A stretch of DNA of 64,000 nt from Alkalispirochaeta sp. (GCA_965601925.1 OZ271854.1:864001-928000); one strand, 5' to 3'. Positions 1 through 9,742 are shown, counted from the stretch's first letter. Translations and numbers: made by a program. Notes: generated by a model from the sequence alone, not told the origin.

Positions 1-318
1 ACCGCCGAAGCCGTATACGGAAGAGTCGGCGCTGTAGTCGCCGCGGAAGATGTTCTGCGAACCCGGGATGTGGCCCAACGCGAAGTCGGCGGCCTTGCGA
101 ATGTCGACGACGACGACGTCGTCGAGCGTACCGATCAGGTTACGGGCCGTGGCGACGGTGATGATGTGGCTCGACTCAACGTAGGTGTCGATCTTGAGCT
201 CCGCAGCGTCGAGGTCTTCCACGGCAACGGTGATCTCTTCGCTACCGAAGGCGGTGAAAATGAGTGCCGCGGCGAGGGCGACAACCAGAACGGAAAGGGC
301 GATAACTGCCTTTTTCAT
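1..318 (-). CDS. Exported rhodanese/sulfurtransferase, YnjE-like (runs off the window edge; missing from the ORF track)
   Basis: Hand translation from ATG 318: MKKAVIALSVLVVALAAALIFTAFGSEE...VVVVDIRKAADFALGHIPGSQNIFRGDYSAD. Has a signal/anchor segment and the rhodanese DxR...GHIPG motif. GGAGGA SD at 324-329. Confidence 0.85.
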   Translation of the reverse strand, partial: MKKAVIALSVLVVALAAALIFTAFGSEEITVAVEDLDAAELKIDTYVESSHIITVATARNLIGTLDDVVVVDIRKAADFALGHIPGSQNIFRGDYSADSSVYGFGG

Positions 319-353
319 GACAATCCTCCATGGATGTGATGTGCGTCGTCCGG

Positions 354-377
354 AGGCTCGCCGACACGGGCGAGCCT
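354..377. other. Intergenic hairpin between the oxidoreductase and rhodanese genes
   Basis: AGGCTCGCC-gacacg-GGCGAGCCT is a perfect 9-bp stem with no T-tract. Confidence 0.5.
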
Positions 378-402
378 GACCGGTACGATAAGTGGTGCGA
401 TT

Positions 403-2988
403 TCAGCTCGCGGCAACGCCGCGCGATCGGCGAGCATACGCTCGTCGATGTTGTTTACCTGCATTTTCCAGCGCCTTTTTGGCCTTGTAGCGGTTGGCCC
501 ACGCCTTGAGCGGTCCGCCGCCGACGCCGATGAACTCGGTCTCCTTCGTCTTGGTCGGGTCGAAGACGAGGTCGAGGATGTGAGCCGCCTCTTTGCCGCC
601 TTTAACCATCGACTCGCGACACGCCGCGCAGTAGGTCACCATATGGTCGCTCTCGACCTCCGAGGTCCTGCGACTCATGACGCGCAACGCAAGCTCGGGG
701 TTGGCCGGAACGACCATACCGCCGAATCCACAGCACCGCGCCGTCTCTCGAGTGTGCGGCGGCTCCTCGGTCTCGTATCCCAGCTCGTTCATGATCCAAC
801 GGATACCGTCGTGGATACCCGAACGATCACGAGTCGAGCAGCTGTCGTGGATCGCGAAGGTAAGGTCGCTCCCCTTACCCCGTTGCGCCGCGCCCTCGGG
901 CAGGCCGATCTCCGGCATGATCTCCCACAATGAACGTACGCGCTGGTTGGGGCTGTAGGCGCTCATGTTGAGGAAGCAGCTCTGACAGGCAACGATGATC
1001 TCCTCGGCGCCGAGCTTATCGATCTCCGCCTGCAGCTGCCCGTACCGTTGCTTGAACTGGTCCGCCTGGCCGAGTGCCTTGGTGGGCTTACCGCAGCACT
1101 TGAGGATCGCACCGGTATTACCCAGACGCTCCTGCAAGTGGGTGAAAATCTTACCGACCGCCTCCGGGTTGTGGCTCGGGAGCGAACACCCGGGGATGAA
1201 CACGCGTTTGGTGGTACCTTCGGGCGCCGCAACGGTCGTGTTGAACGTCTTGGAGAAGCCGAGCTTCTGGTGCATGTATATGACGTTGTGGCCCTTCATC
1301 GGGCTCTTGCCGTTGTTGGCCGACACCATCTCCTGACGCATACCGCCGAAGACTCCCTGCATATCGAACTCTTTGGGACAGACGATGGTGCACTGCTTAC
1401 ACATGTTGCAGCTGTACGGGATGATCGGGGCGACCTCGGGCGACTCGAGCATCTCACGAAAGAGCTGCTTGGGGCACTCGGAGAAGTCGGAGAGCATCTC
1501 GCACTCTTTGACGCACTTCAGACACTCGCACTTGAGACATCCGCCCGCCTCGTCCCGCGCCTGCTCTTCGGTGATACCGAAATCGTACTCGCCGAAGTCG
1601 CCGACGCGCTCCGCCGCGGGGCGCTTTTCCGAAACGACCCTGTCGCGTCGCACTGCGTCGTCGGGGATCTCCGTCTCGAGCTTGCTCTCGTAGGCGCGCT
1701 CCAGCTCTCTGTCGGCCGCAATATCCAGCCCATCGAAGAAGCGCACCAAGGTGGTAGCCGCTTTGCGCCCCTCCGCCATCGCCTCGACCGCAATGACCGA
1801 CTGGCCCGAGGCGTCTCCGGCGACCACGACGTTGGGAATCGAGGTCTGAAGCGTCGTCTCGTCGACGACGAATCGGCCGCCGCGCGTCGTCTCAAGGGTC
1901 GACGCGAAACTTCCGTCGGTGGCTTGCCCGACGGCAAAAATCACGCTCTCGACGTCCAGGGAGATCACGTCGTTCTCATCGTACTGAGGATCGAATCGTC
2001 CTTCATCGTTAAACACTGCGGTACAACGTTTGAGCTCGATCGCCTCGACACGATCGGATCCGGCGACGCGAACCGTGCCGCGGCCGTAGTGAATCTGCAC
2101 GCCCTCTTCCAACGCCTCTTCGATCTCCCAATTGTGGGCGGGAGACTCATCGATGTCACCTTCGAGCATGATCAGGTGCACATCTTCGATACCGATGCGA
2201 CGGGCGCTTCGTACGACGTCGACGGCTACATTACCGCCGCCGATTACCGCTATGCGCGATCCGAGTCCCTCGAACGCGCCGTTCAAGCTGACATCGCGGA
2301 GAAAATCGACGGCGTTAAATACACCGGTCAGTTCGTGGCCCGGCACGGGAATCACCACGCCGCGGTGTGCGCCGACGGCGATCACGACACCGTCGTACTC
2401 TTTTTCGATCTCGTCGAAAGAGATGTCGTTTCCGATATCGACGCCGAGGCGAAACTCGACGCCCATCATCTTGAGAATCTCGTACTCTGCGGTGATCACG
2501 TTGCGCGGCAACCGATAGGCGGGGATTCCGACGTGCAGCATACCGCCGACTACCGGCAGACGGTCGAACACCGTGACGCGGAAGCCCTCTTTGGCGAGGT
2601 CGAACGCCGCCTGGGCACCGGCAGGTCCGGCGCCGATCACCGCGACTCGCTCATCACGGGCCGAAGCGGTCGTCGTATCCCACAAATCGGGATTGTCGTA
2701 ATTGTCGGCGACGAACCGCTTGAGCGCCGCGATGGACATGGCGCTTCCCAACTCGTTGCGCTTGCAGGAGCCTTCGCAGGGGTGGGCGCATACACGGCCG
2801 AGCGTTGCGGGGAGAAAAAGCTGTTCGCGGATCAACTCGATCGCCTCGACGAACTTGCCTTCGGCGATGAGATTAACATACCCCTTGATGTCGGTATGCA
2901 TCGGACAGGCGGCCTGACAGTACGGCGCCTCTTCTCCGAGACAGTTGTCGACGATGTCTTGCATTTTTGTGACCAAAGTGGTGTTCAT
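403..2988 (-). CDS. FAD/NAD(P)-dependent Fe-S oxidoreductase: GltD-like module + 2x[4Fe-4S] dicluster + two CCG (HdrD/GlpC-type) domains
   Basis: N-terminal CQAACP...GRVCAHPCEGSC; nucleotide motifs GAGPAG and GGGNVA; CLKCECLKCVKEC and CNMCKQCTIVCP; CCG domains FIPGC..CCG..ACQSC and HDSC..CCGFGG..YCAAC. Confidence 0.88.
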   Translation of the reverse strand: MNTTLVTKMQDIVDNCLGEEAPYCQAACPMHTDIKGYVNLIAEGKFVEAIELIREQLFLPATLGRVCAHPCEGSCKRNELGSAMSIAALKRFVADNYDNPDLWDTTTASARDERVAVIGAGPAGAQAAFDLAKEGFRVTVFDRLPVVGGMLHVGIPAYRLPRNVITAEYEILKMMGVEFRLGVDIGNDISFDEIEKEYDGVVIAVGAHRGVVIPVPGHELTGVFNAVDFLRDVSLNGAFEGLGSRIAVIGGGNVAVDVVRSARRIGIEDVHLIMLEGDIDESPAHNWEIEEALEEGVQIHYGRGTVRVAGSDRVEAIELKRCTAVFNDEGRFDPQYDENDVISLDVESVIFAVGQATDGSFASTLETTRGGRFVVDETTLQTSIPNVVVAGDASGQSVIAVEAMAEGRKAATTLVRFFDGLDIAADRELERAYESKLETEIPDDAVRRDRVVSEKRPAAERVGDFGEYDFGITEEQARDEAGGCLKCECLKCVKECEMLSDFSECPKQLFREMLESPEVAPIIPYSCNMCKQCTIVCPKEFDMQGVFGGMRQEMVSANNGKSPMKGHNVIYMHQKLGFSKTFNTTVAAPEGTTKRVFIPGCSLPSHNPEAVGKIFTHLQERLGNTGAILKCCGKPTKALGQADQFKQRYGQLQAEIDKLGAEEIIVACQSCFLNMSAYSPNQRVRSLWEIMPEIGLPEGAAQRGKGSDLTFAIHDSCSTRDRSGIHDGIRWIMNELGYETEEPPHTRETARCCGFGGMVVPANPELALRVMSRRTSEVESDHMVTYCAACRESMVKGGKEAAHILDLVFDPTKTKETEFIGVGGGPLKAWANRYKAKKALENAGKQHRRAYARRSRGVAAS

Positions 2989-3037
2989 GGTACTGACCTC
3001 TCAATATCGTGAAGGCGATTTTTTTGTATAATTTATT

Positions 3038-3073
3038 GTTGGGTTATCGTGACTACATTCACGATAACCCAAC
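3038..3073. promoter_or_regulatory. Perfect 15-bp inverted repeat (candidate operator) overlapping the -10 element
   Basis: GTTGGGTTATCGTGA-ctacat-TCACGATAACCCAAC. Confidence 0.7.
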
Positions 3074-3089
3074 GTTATCTATGTGTCAA
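3061..3089 (-). promoter_or_regulatory. Sigma70-type promoter for the oxidoreductase-rhodanese operon
   Basis: Minus strand reads TTGACA (3089-3084), 17 nt, TATCGT (3066-3061), inside an AT-rich intergenic region. Confidence 0.7.
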
Positions 3090-3227
3090 TAAATTATCGA
3101 TAAAACTTTATTCCGTCGTTATTGAGATATGATTTATTGAAATTTTTTTGCCCTTGTGAAAAATATTACTACTTGTAATGCGCCGTTCACGCGTTGCACG
3201 GGGCGCCGAAGGCCGCCTGGAATGTAA

Positions 3228-4073
3228 TTACGCGACGCCTGTCATGAGACGTCGGCGATAATAACGTGCGAGGGTTCGGTCAAGGACGAGAAATAGTATC
3301 AGAGGTACCAGAACAAAAACAACGGTCAATACCGAGCCGAGCGTACGATCCCCGGATGAAAGAAATGGAAAGAGATAGCCGGTATAGGATCGTACCGCGC
3401 CGCCGCCGATAAGAAAGACTAAAAAATAATCGGAGAACGCAACCAGGAACACAACGGATCCACCGGCGAGTATCGCCGGACCCAAGAGGGGGAGGTACAC
3501 CGTCAGTAGTCGTCTGAGCGGCGTAGCTCCCAAATTGGCGGCGCACACGTCGTAGTTCGGATCGATCTGTTGAAAGCCCGCAATGAGCGATCGCAGCATG
3601 TACGGATATGACGCGGCCGTAAGCACCAAGACGACCCCGATCATGCCGTTGGCGACGCCCAGACGTATGAAGATGAAGTGGATCCCCATACCGTAGGTTA
3701 TCGCCGGGACGAGTACCGGTGAGAGAAAGAGCGTCTCAACGAACAGCCGTCCCCGAAACTCGTATCTGGCCAGCACGTTGGCCGGAAGCACGCATACTAC
3801 AAACGACAGCACAACGGTGAGTATCGAATACGCCGTTGAGGAGAGGAGGGACTCTATGATTCCCTCGCGGTTATCCACGAGAAATCGAACGCCCCGGGCG
3901 CTGAAGGCGGTCGGCAATATGTCGGGATAGACCCACCGTGCCGCAGCGGCGTAGAGAGCCAGCACGAGAAGCGGCACGACGAAAAAGACGACCATAAGAG
4001 CGAATAGAACGCCCCATCGCATCCCTCCTTTTTCATAAGGTTCGGCTGCGCGTCGGGTATCCTTCATCCTCAC
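3228..4073 (-). CDS. ABC transporter permease (YnjC-like half)
   Basis: About 6 TM segments; EAA-like loop IDPNYDVCAANLGATP; in an operon with the YnjB-like SBP. Start codon uncertain. Confidence 0.85.
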   Translation of the reverse strand: MRMKDTRRAAEPYEKGGMRWGVLFALMVVFFVVPLLVLALYAAAARWVYPDILPTAFSARGVRFLVDNREGIIESLLSSTAYSILTVVLSFVVCVLPANVLARYEFRGRLFVETLFLSPVLVPAITYGMGIHFIFIRLGVANGMIGVVLVLTAASYPYMLRSLIAGFQQIDPNYDVCAANLGATPLRRLLTVYLPLLGPAILAGGSVVFLVAFSDYFLVFLIGGGAVRSYTGYLFPFLSSGDRTLGSVLTVVFVLVPLILFLVLDRTLARYYRRRLMTGVA

Positions 4074-4987
4074 AACGGACGCTCCCAGGCGGAAAACCGT
4101 CGGGCCAGACGCGAGTACAGTAACACGAAGACCACGGCGGTCGCCGCCAGAAGCGTAAGGGCCGCCATCGCAATCGGTCGGTCGGTAAGTTGACCCTGAA
4201 AGTACAGCGAATAGACGGTCATCGGTATCATCTGCGGATTACTCGCCCCCAAGAGCCAGGGGATATCGAATCCACCCAAGGCGAATAGAAAAAGAATGAT
4301 AAACGTCTGATTCAGAATCGGCAGAATGAGAGGCAACACAACGCTGAAGAACACTCTGACCGGTCCCGCACCCAGCATGCGCGCCGTCGTCACCATCCGC
4401 TCCGGGATACGTTGCAGAACACCGAGGGTCAACAACATGACGAACGGAAACTCTTTGTAGATGTAGGCGAGAATCATTCCGATACCGTTGCGGGAAAACA
4501 GCAGGGGCGGGAAGCCGGGCTCGCCCACATCGATGTTGAGAGCGTGGAATACCGATGCAATGACGCCGCTCTGAGACCAAAACAACACGGTCAGAAAGGC
4601 CACGACGATGTGGGGAAGTATGATCGGCAACCGATACACCGACGCGGCGGCGGAAAACCAGCGCGGCCCTCTCCACAACAGATACGCAGCCACGGCGCCG
4701 AACACGACCGAAATCACCGCCGACACGCCGGATACAAACAGACTATGCAGGAGCGACGCGAGAAACTCAGGGCGCGTCAAGAGCTCCCGGTAGGCGTAGA
4801 GCACCCCCATATCGCCCCTCCGTAACGCAAAGAGCGACGGTCCCGCAAGCGAAAAGGATTGAAGCAGTCCATGGACGAGCCCCAACCCCACCGTCAGTGC
4901 AAAGAAGACCAACAGCGGTGCGAGTTTGAGGGCGACGCGCCGCCGCTCTCGCCGGTCGCCCGATACGGCGCGTCGTTGAATCGTCAC
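4070..4987 (-). CDS. ABC transporter permease (YnjC-like half)
   Basis: TM helices; YIYKEFPF and TARMLGAGP motifs; 4-bp overlap with the next ORF. Confidence 0.85.
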   Translation of the reverse strand: MTIQRRAVSGDRRERRRVALKLAPLLVFFALTVGLGLVHGLLQSFSLAGPSLFALRRGDMGVLYAYRELLTRPEFLASLLHSLFVSGVSAVISVVFGAVAAYLLWRGPRWFSAAASVYRLPIILPHIVVAFLTVLFWSQSGVIASVFHALNIDVGEPGFPPLLFSRNGIGMILAYIYKEFPFVMLLTLGVLQRIPERMVTTARMLGAGPVRVFFSVVLPLILPILNQTFIILFLFALGGFDIPWLLGASNPQMIPMTVYSLYFQGQLTDRPIAMAALTLLAATAVVFVLLYSRLARRFSAWERPL

Positions 4988-4999
4988 GGGTTGGTGTGC

Positions 5000-6262
5000 T
5001 CAGCGAAGACGAACGTATTCGTCCCAGCCGGTTTCCAACGCCTCCCAATACTCGGAGGGAATTTCAGGCACGCCGTAGCGGTCGAAATCCTCCAGCGCGA
5101 CGGTCGCTTCGCCGAGATCGAGCGCTTCGAAGCGCGTCCGATACTCTTCGGGAACTCGATCCAGGGCGAGAACGGTGAAGTCGCCCCAATTCTCCAACGT
5201 GTTTTTGGAGTATTGCGCCTCGGGTGAGAGGAGAAAGTCGGCCAGCACGAGCGCGGCGGGGGTGTTGGGCGCGTTGAACGGAATCGCTACGAAATGGGTG
5301 TTGAAGAGCGACCCGTCGGTCATAATGACCGAACGCACCGAGTCGGGATACCGTCCGTTGGCGATGCGCGTCGCCGCATTGGTCTGGGTGAACGACATGG
5401 TGAAGTCCACCTCGCCACGCTCGAAGAGCGTATCGAGGGCTGCCAAATCGCGCGGATAGCTCTCACCACCTTGCCAGAGATAGGGTTCAATTTCGTTCAG
5501 AAAGTCCCACAAACGCGGCGCTTGGGCCGCGAACAGCTCCTCGTCGAAGCCGTCGAGATACTGCTCGTGTCCACCGGTAAGCGCATAAAATGCCTGGCGA
5601 ATAAAGGCCGACCCGGTGAAATCCGGCGGTTGCGGATAGGTGAACCGTCCGGGATTCTCGCGCACCCAGCGGGACAAGGCGGCAAAATCGGTCGGGGGAT
5701 CGGGCACACGCGCGATATCCACATCGAAGTTGAATTGCGCTTTGCCCCATGGCGCCTCGTATCCGTCTACCGGAAAACCGGCGTCGGTTGCGGCGGTAGC
5801 GGGGTCCACGTAGCGGGCGAAGTTGGGCAGCATGTGCGTAAAGGGGCCGTAGAGAAGATCGGCGTCGCGCGCGTTCCGGAAGTTCTCTCCGTTTATCCAT
5901 ACAAGATCGATCGTACCGGTGTCTTGACCGGCCTGCATCTCGGTAAACAGCCGGTTCACGAAGACCGCCGCATCCATCGGCACGCGCTCGACGTCGATAT
6001 CGTACAGCTCCTCCATACGGTCGGAGACGAAGCCGTCGATCCACGCGTTGATCGTGTCCGATCCGCCCCACATGTAAAATCCGACTTCACTTCCGCGAGC
6101 ACGTTCGACGATCTCCTCGAAACTGAGCTCGCCGAGATCCTCGCGCGGCTCCTCGGCGCGACCGCCGGCCGACACAAGCGCAAGAGAACCGCACAACGCC
6201 ATCACGCCGAAAAGGGCCGCCTTAGACCCAAGGGGGAGTCGCCTCCCCGTTCGTGCGCTCAT
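5000..6262 (-). CDS. ynjB: ABC substrate-binding protein, YnjB family
   Basis: FYMWGGSDTIN, DLVWINGENF, EAPWGKAQF, PGRFTYPQPPDFTGSAF and NTHFVAIPFNA match the YnjB family. ATG 6262 has an AAGGAGG SD; signal peptide present. Confidence 0.8.
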   Translation of the reverse strand: MSARTGRRLPLGSKAALFGVMALCGSLALVSAGGRAEEPREDLGELSFEEIVERARGSEVGFYMWGGSDTINAWIDGFVSDRMEELYDIDVERVPMDAAVFVNRLFTEMQAGQDTGTIDLVWINGENFRNARDADLLYGPFTHMLPNFARYVDPATAATDAGFPVDGYEAPWGKAQFNFDVDIARVPDPPTDFAALSRWVRENPGRFTYPQPPDFTGSAFIRQAFYALTGGHEQYLDGFDEELFAAQAPRLWDFLNEIEPYLWQGGESYPRDLAALDTLFERGEVDFTMSFTQTNAATRIANGRYPDSVRSVIMTDGSLFNTHFVAIPFNAPNTPAALVLADFLLSPEAQYSKNTLENWGDFTVLALDRVPEEYRTRFEALDLGEATVALEDFDRYGVPEIPSEYWEALETGWDEYVRLR

Positions 6263-6293
6263 AAGACCTCCTTGCCGTGGGCGCTTGCGCCCG

Positions 6294-7301
6294 CTAAGAC
6301 TCCAGCGTAAAGACTTCCGTCGCGTAGAGCGACACCGTATCGCCGATATGATATCCCTCTCGGGCGGCGCGAACCGTCGCGTCCCAATCTCTGAAGGCGA
6401 CAATATAATGAGCGTTTCCCCCTACGAGTCGCAGGTCCGTTATCGTCCCCGGGCCGTCCTCTTCCGACCTGAGGTCGAACGACTCAGCCCGGGCGCACAC
6501 CAGACGCGACGCGACCATGTCGGAGCGTAGTGAGGTCAGCGTATCGTAAAGGTGCTCGGGTATAATATTGACGGGGCCGAACATACGAGCGACCTCCAGA
6601 TCGTGAGGATGAAAGTAGACCTCATGAAAACTCGCGATCTGCCGGAGCCGTCCCTCGATGATGACGCCGATTCTGTCGGATATCTCACTGGTCTCCTCCA
6701 AATCGTGGGAGACGACCACCGTGGTAACGCCCAGATCCTGCTGCAATGAACGAATGAACTGCGCCGTTTCGCGCTTGAGATTCTTATCAAGATTGGCAAA
6801 CGGCTCGTCGAGGAGGAGGAGCGCCGGCTCCATCACCAGTGCTCGCGCCAGAGCGACGCGCTGTCGCTGCCCGCCGGATAGTTGACCCGGCCAGTGGTCG
6901 GCCCTATCGGCAATACCCAACTGATCGAGATAGCGCATGACTCGCTCGCGTATCTCCACGCGAGTGGCGCGACAACGCCGACGTCGCGACCGCAAGCCGA
7001 ACGCGACGTTATCGAACACGGTCATATGGGGAAACAGGAGATAATCCTGGAATACGAGAATGGCGGGGTGATCTCGCGTGATCGCCTTTTCGTAGCGTAT
7101 CGATCCCGAGGACGGCGCCTCCAAGCCGGCGAGCATTCGTAGGAGCGTCGTCTTTCCGGCTCCGGACGGACCCACGAGGGAGAGGAGCTCGCCGCGCTTG
7201 ACGCCGAAACTGACCGACTCAAGGGCGGCAAATGCGCCGAAGCGCTTCGAGATAGCTTGAAGCTGCACATATTCACCCATTACGTGCTGAAATATCCTCA
7301 A
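6294..7301 (-). CDS. ABC transporter ATP-binding protein (YnjD/PotA-like)
   Basis: Walker A GPSGAGKT, signature LSGGQRQR, Walker B LLLDEPF. True start may be ATG 7280. Confidence 0.92.
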   Translation of the reverse strand: MRIFQHVMGEYVQLQAISKRFGAFAALESVSFGVKRGELLSLVGPSGAGKTTLLRMLAGLEAPSSGSIRYEKAITRDHPAILVFQDYLLFPHMTVFDNVAFGLRSRRRRCRATRVEIRERVMRYLDQLGIADRADHWPGQLSGGQRQRVALARALVMEPALLLLDEPFANLDKNLKRETAQFIRSLQQDLGVTTVVVSHDLEETSEISDRIGVIIEGRLRQIASFHEVYFHPHDLEVARMFGPVNIIPEHLYDTLTSLRSDMVASRLVCARAESFDLRSEEDGPGTITDLRLVGGNAHYIVAFRDWDATVRAAREGYHIGDTVSLYATEVFTLES

Positions 7302-7334
7302 TAACGGTTTAGTTTGTCCACATGAGAAGTCAGG

Positions 7335-7973
7335 ATGCTTGATCGAGTTACACGAGACCTCAAAGACCGGGCGCTGGACTCGTTCGTACGGTTCGTGCCC
7401 AAACGCGTCTCACCCACGGCCGTGACGGTCGCGTCTCTCCCCGTCGGTCTCGCCTCGGCGGTGAGTGCCGCCTACGGGTTGTGGTGGTGGGCGGTTGCGC
7501 TTTTCTGGGTCAATCGGCTCATGGACGGGCTGGACGGACTGATCGCCCGTTCCCGAAATCTTCAATCCGACGTCGGCGGCTACCTCGATATTATGGTCGA
7601 CTTCGTCGTGTACGCGACGATTCCGATCGGTGTGTGGCTCGGTCGCGGCGGGGGAGTGTCCGGCCGAGCGGCCCCTGCATGGCCCCTCGTGACGCTTCTG
7701 GCGGTGTTTTACGTCAACGGCGCGTCGTGGATGTATCTCTCGGCGCTCATCGAAAAACGGCGTCGCGAGTCGGCGGCGCCGGAGGCCGAGGAGAAACAAT
7801 CGATCACCAGCGTCGTCATGCCGACGGGGTTAATAGAAGGTACCGAGACGGTCGTGTTCTATACTCTTTTTTTCCTGTTTCCCGGGCAATATGCGCCTCT
7901 ATTCACGATCATGTCGGCGGCGACCCTCGTCGGAGTAGTCCAACGGATAGTGTGGGCTCGCCGCACACTGTAG
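7335..7973 (+). CDS. CDP-alcohol phosphatidyltransferase family protein (YnjF-like)
   Basis: Signature DGLDGLIAR...GGYLDIMVD, plus the YnjF-type GLIEGTET motif. Confidence 0.88.
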   Translation: MLDRVTRDLKDRALDSFVRFVPKRVSPTAVTVASLPVGLASAVSAAYGLWWWAVALFWVNRLMDGLDGLIARSRNLQSDVGGYLDIMVDFVVYATIPIGVWLGRGGGVSGRAAPAWPLVTLLAVFYVNGASWMYLSALIEKRRRESAAPEAEEKQSITSVVMPTGLIEGTETVVFYTLFFLFPGQYAPLFTIMSAATLVGVVQRIVWARRTL

Positions 7974-7975
7974 CG

Positions 7976-8791
7976 CTACCGTCCGATCGCGTCCCGCAGC
8001 CCCTCGCCCAGAAGATTGACCGACAAGACGCTCATCATGATCATCGCTCCCGGAAAGACCGCGAGCCACCACGCCTCGGGCAGATACTGCCGGGAGGAGG
8101 CCAACATCATGCCCCAATCGGCCGTCGGGGGTTGCGTCCCCAATCCGAGAAAACTTAGGCTCGCGGTCGCCAGAATCGCATAACCGATGTTGAGCGTGCT
8201 TTGTACGACGAGCGGGGTCATGACGTTGGGCAACAGATGGCGCCACATGATTCCACCTCTGCTCGCCCCGGCGACGACGGCGGCGGAGACAAAGTCGGCC
8301 TCCCTCACCGACAACACCTGCCCACGAGTCATTCTCGCGTATCCCGGAATACTCACCACCGCCACCGCCAGCATGGCATTGAGGAGTCCAGGCCCCAGAC
8401 TCCCTACGACCGCCAGGGCCAAAAAGAGCGCCGGGAAGGCGAGCAGCACATCCATGACGCGCATAATCGCAAGGTCCCATCGCCCCCCCAGGAACCCGGC
8501 GACGAGTCCGGCGGCGATACCGATCACGGCACCGATCGCGACCGGTATGACGCCGGCGGCCAGACTTATCCGGCCGCCGTGGAGGACGCGGGCCACCATA
8601 TCCCGACCGAACTCATCGGTCCCCAGAGGATACCCGGGCCCGGGCGGCTCCAGACGCCGGGTCCAGTCTTGAGCCGCGGGATCGTACGGAGAAACGAGCT
8701 CCGCGGCGAGGGAGAGCACCGCCAATACGACGATTCCCATCGCACCGGTGACCGCGCCGCGGTGGCGTACAAAGCGCTTCCAAACGATCAT
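7976..8791 (-). CDS. Peptide/nickel/glutathione ABC permease (DppC/GsiD-like)
   Basis: LGTDEFGRD; RHLLPNV; SLSFLGLG..PP.ADWG. Confidence 0.92.
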   Translation of the reverse strand: MIVWKRFVRHRGAVTGAMGIVVLAVLSLAAELVSPYDPAAQDWTRRLEPPGPGYPLGTDEFGRDMVARVLHGGRISLAAGVIPVAIGAVIGIAAGLVAGFLGGRWDLAIMRVMDVLLAFPALFLALAVVGSLGPGLLNAMLAVAVVSIPGYARMTRGQVLSVREADFVSAAVVAGASRGGIMWRHLLPNVMTPLVVQSTLNIGYAILATASLSFLGLGTQPPTADWGMMLASSRQYLPEAWWLAVFPGAMIMMSVLSVNLLGEGLRDAIGR

Positions 8792-8800
8792 TGCCGCACC

Positions 8801-9730
8801 TTAGCGATACCTGATGCGGGGATCCACGGCGACGTACAGCACATCAACCACAAGATTTACCAGATTGAACACGACGGCGATCCAGAGAATCGCTCCCTGG
8901 ATCATCGGTAAGTCGCGCGCCTGAATCGCATCCACGGTAAGACGTCCGAGACCCGGAAGGCCGAAGATCGTCTCCACCACGACGGCACCGCCGAGGAGAG
9001 AGCCGAACTGAAGTCCGACGGTGGTGAGTACGGGAATCATGGTCCCGCGTAGCGCGTGGCGCCCCACCACGACGAGCTCTCGCAACCCTTTGGCGCGCGC
9101 CGTGCGCACGTAGTCCTCTCCCAACTGTTCCATGAGAGCCGACCGCGTCATGCGGGCGATGAACGCGACGCTTGCGAAGGCGATCGTCGCCGCCGGCAGG
9201 ACCATATGGCGCCAGGTGCCGCTCCCCGACGGCGGTAACCAGCGTAGATTGAGCGAGAACGCCTGCATCAGGAGAATACCGAGCCAAAACACCGGCATGG
9301 AGACGCCCATCAACACGACACCCATCACCGCGATATCGGGCCACCGCCTCGCTCGCAGCGCGGCAACGACACCGGCCGGAACGCCCACGAGCACCGCGAT
9401 CAGCAACGAGATCGCCGCCAATCGCGCGGTAAACGGGAAACGGGAGGCAATTTCTTCCAGTACCGGCCGCCCGGTACGAAACGAACGGCCCAAGTCACCG
9501 CGCGTCGCGCGGGATAGGAAGGCGACGTATTGTACGTACCACGGCCTATCCAGTCCCAACTGCTCGCGAATGCGTTCCACTTCCTCGGCGGATATGCCCT
9601 GTCCCGCCTCGCCCAACATCGCACGAACCGAGTCGCCCGGTGTGAGATGAAAGATCAAGAACACCAGGAACGATACGCCGACGAGAACGGGTACGAACAA
9701 TACGAGGCGACGAACGATATACGCCGGCAT
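8801..9730 (-). CDS. Peptide/nickel/glutathione ABC permease (DppB/GsiC-like)
   Basis: GDLGRSF; DYVRTARAKGL; ETIFGLPGLG; DPRIRY C-terminus. Confidence 0.92.
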   Translation of the reverse strand: MPAYIVRRLVLFVPVLVGVSFLVFLIFHLTPGDSVRAMLGEAGQGISAEEVERIREQLGLDRPWYVQYVAFLSRATRGDLGRSFRTGRPVLEEIASRFPFTARLAAISLLIAVLVGVPAGVVAALRARRWPDIAVMGVVLMGVSMPVFWLGILLMQAFSLNLRWLPPSGSGTWRHMVLPAATIAFASVAFIARMTRSALMEQLGEDYVRTARAKGLRELVVVGRHALRGTMIPVLTTVGLQFGSLLGGAVVVETIFGLPGLGRLTVDAIQARDLPMIQGAILWIAVVFNLVNLVVDVLYVAVDPRIRYR

Positions 9731-9742
9731 CGGCTGCGACCG

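Noticed and set aside
403..2988. Call as gltD
   Set aside because: It has extra dicluster and CCG domains, and there is no gltB in the window.
1048..3012. 654-aa plus-strand ORF and many other long antisense ORFs (e.g. 5294-6310, 16604-17869, 26615-27700, 35583-36911, 45384-46523)
   Set aside because: They shadow well-supported genes on the opposite strand and show no motifs; this is expected from GC-rich codon bias.
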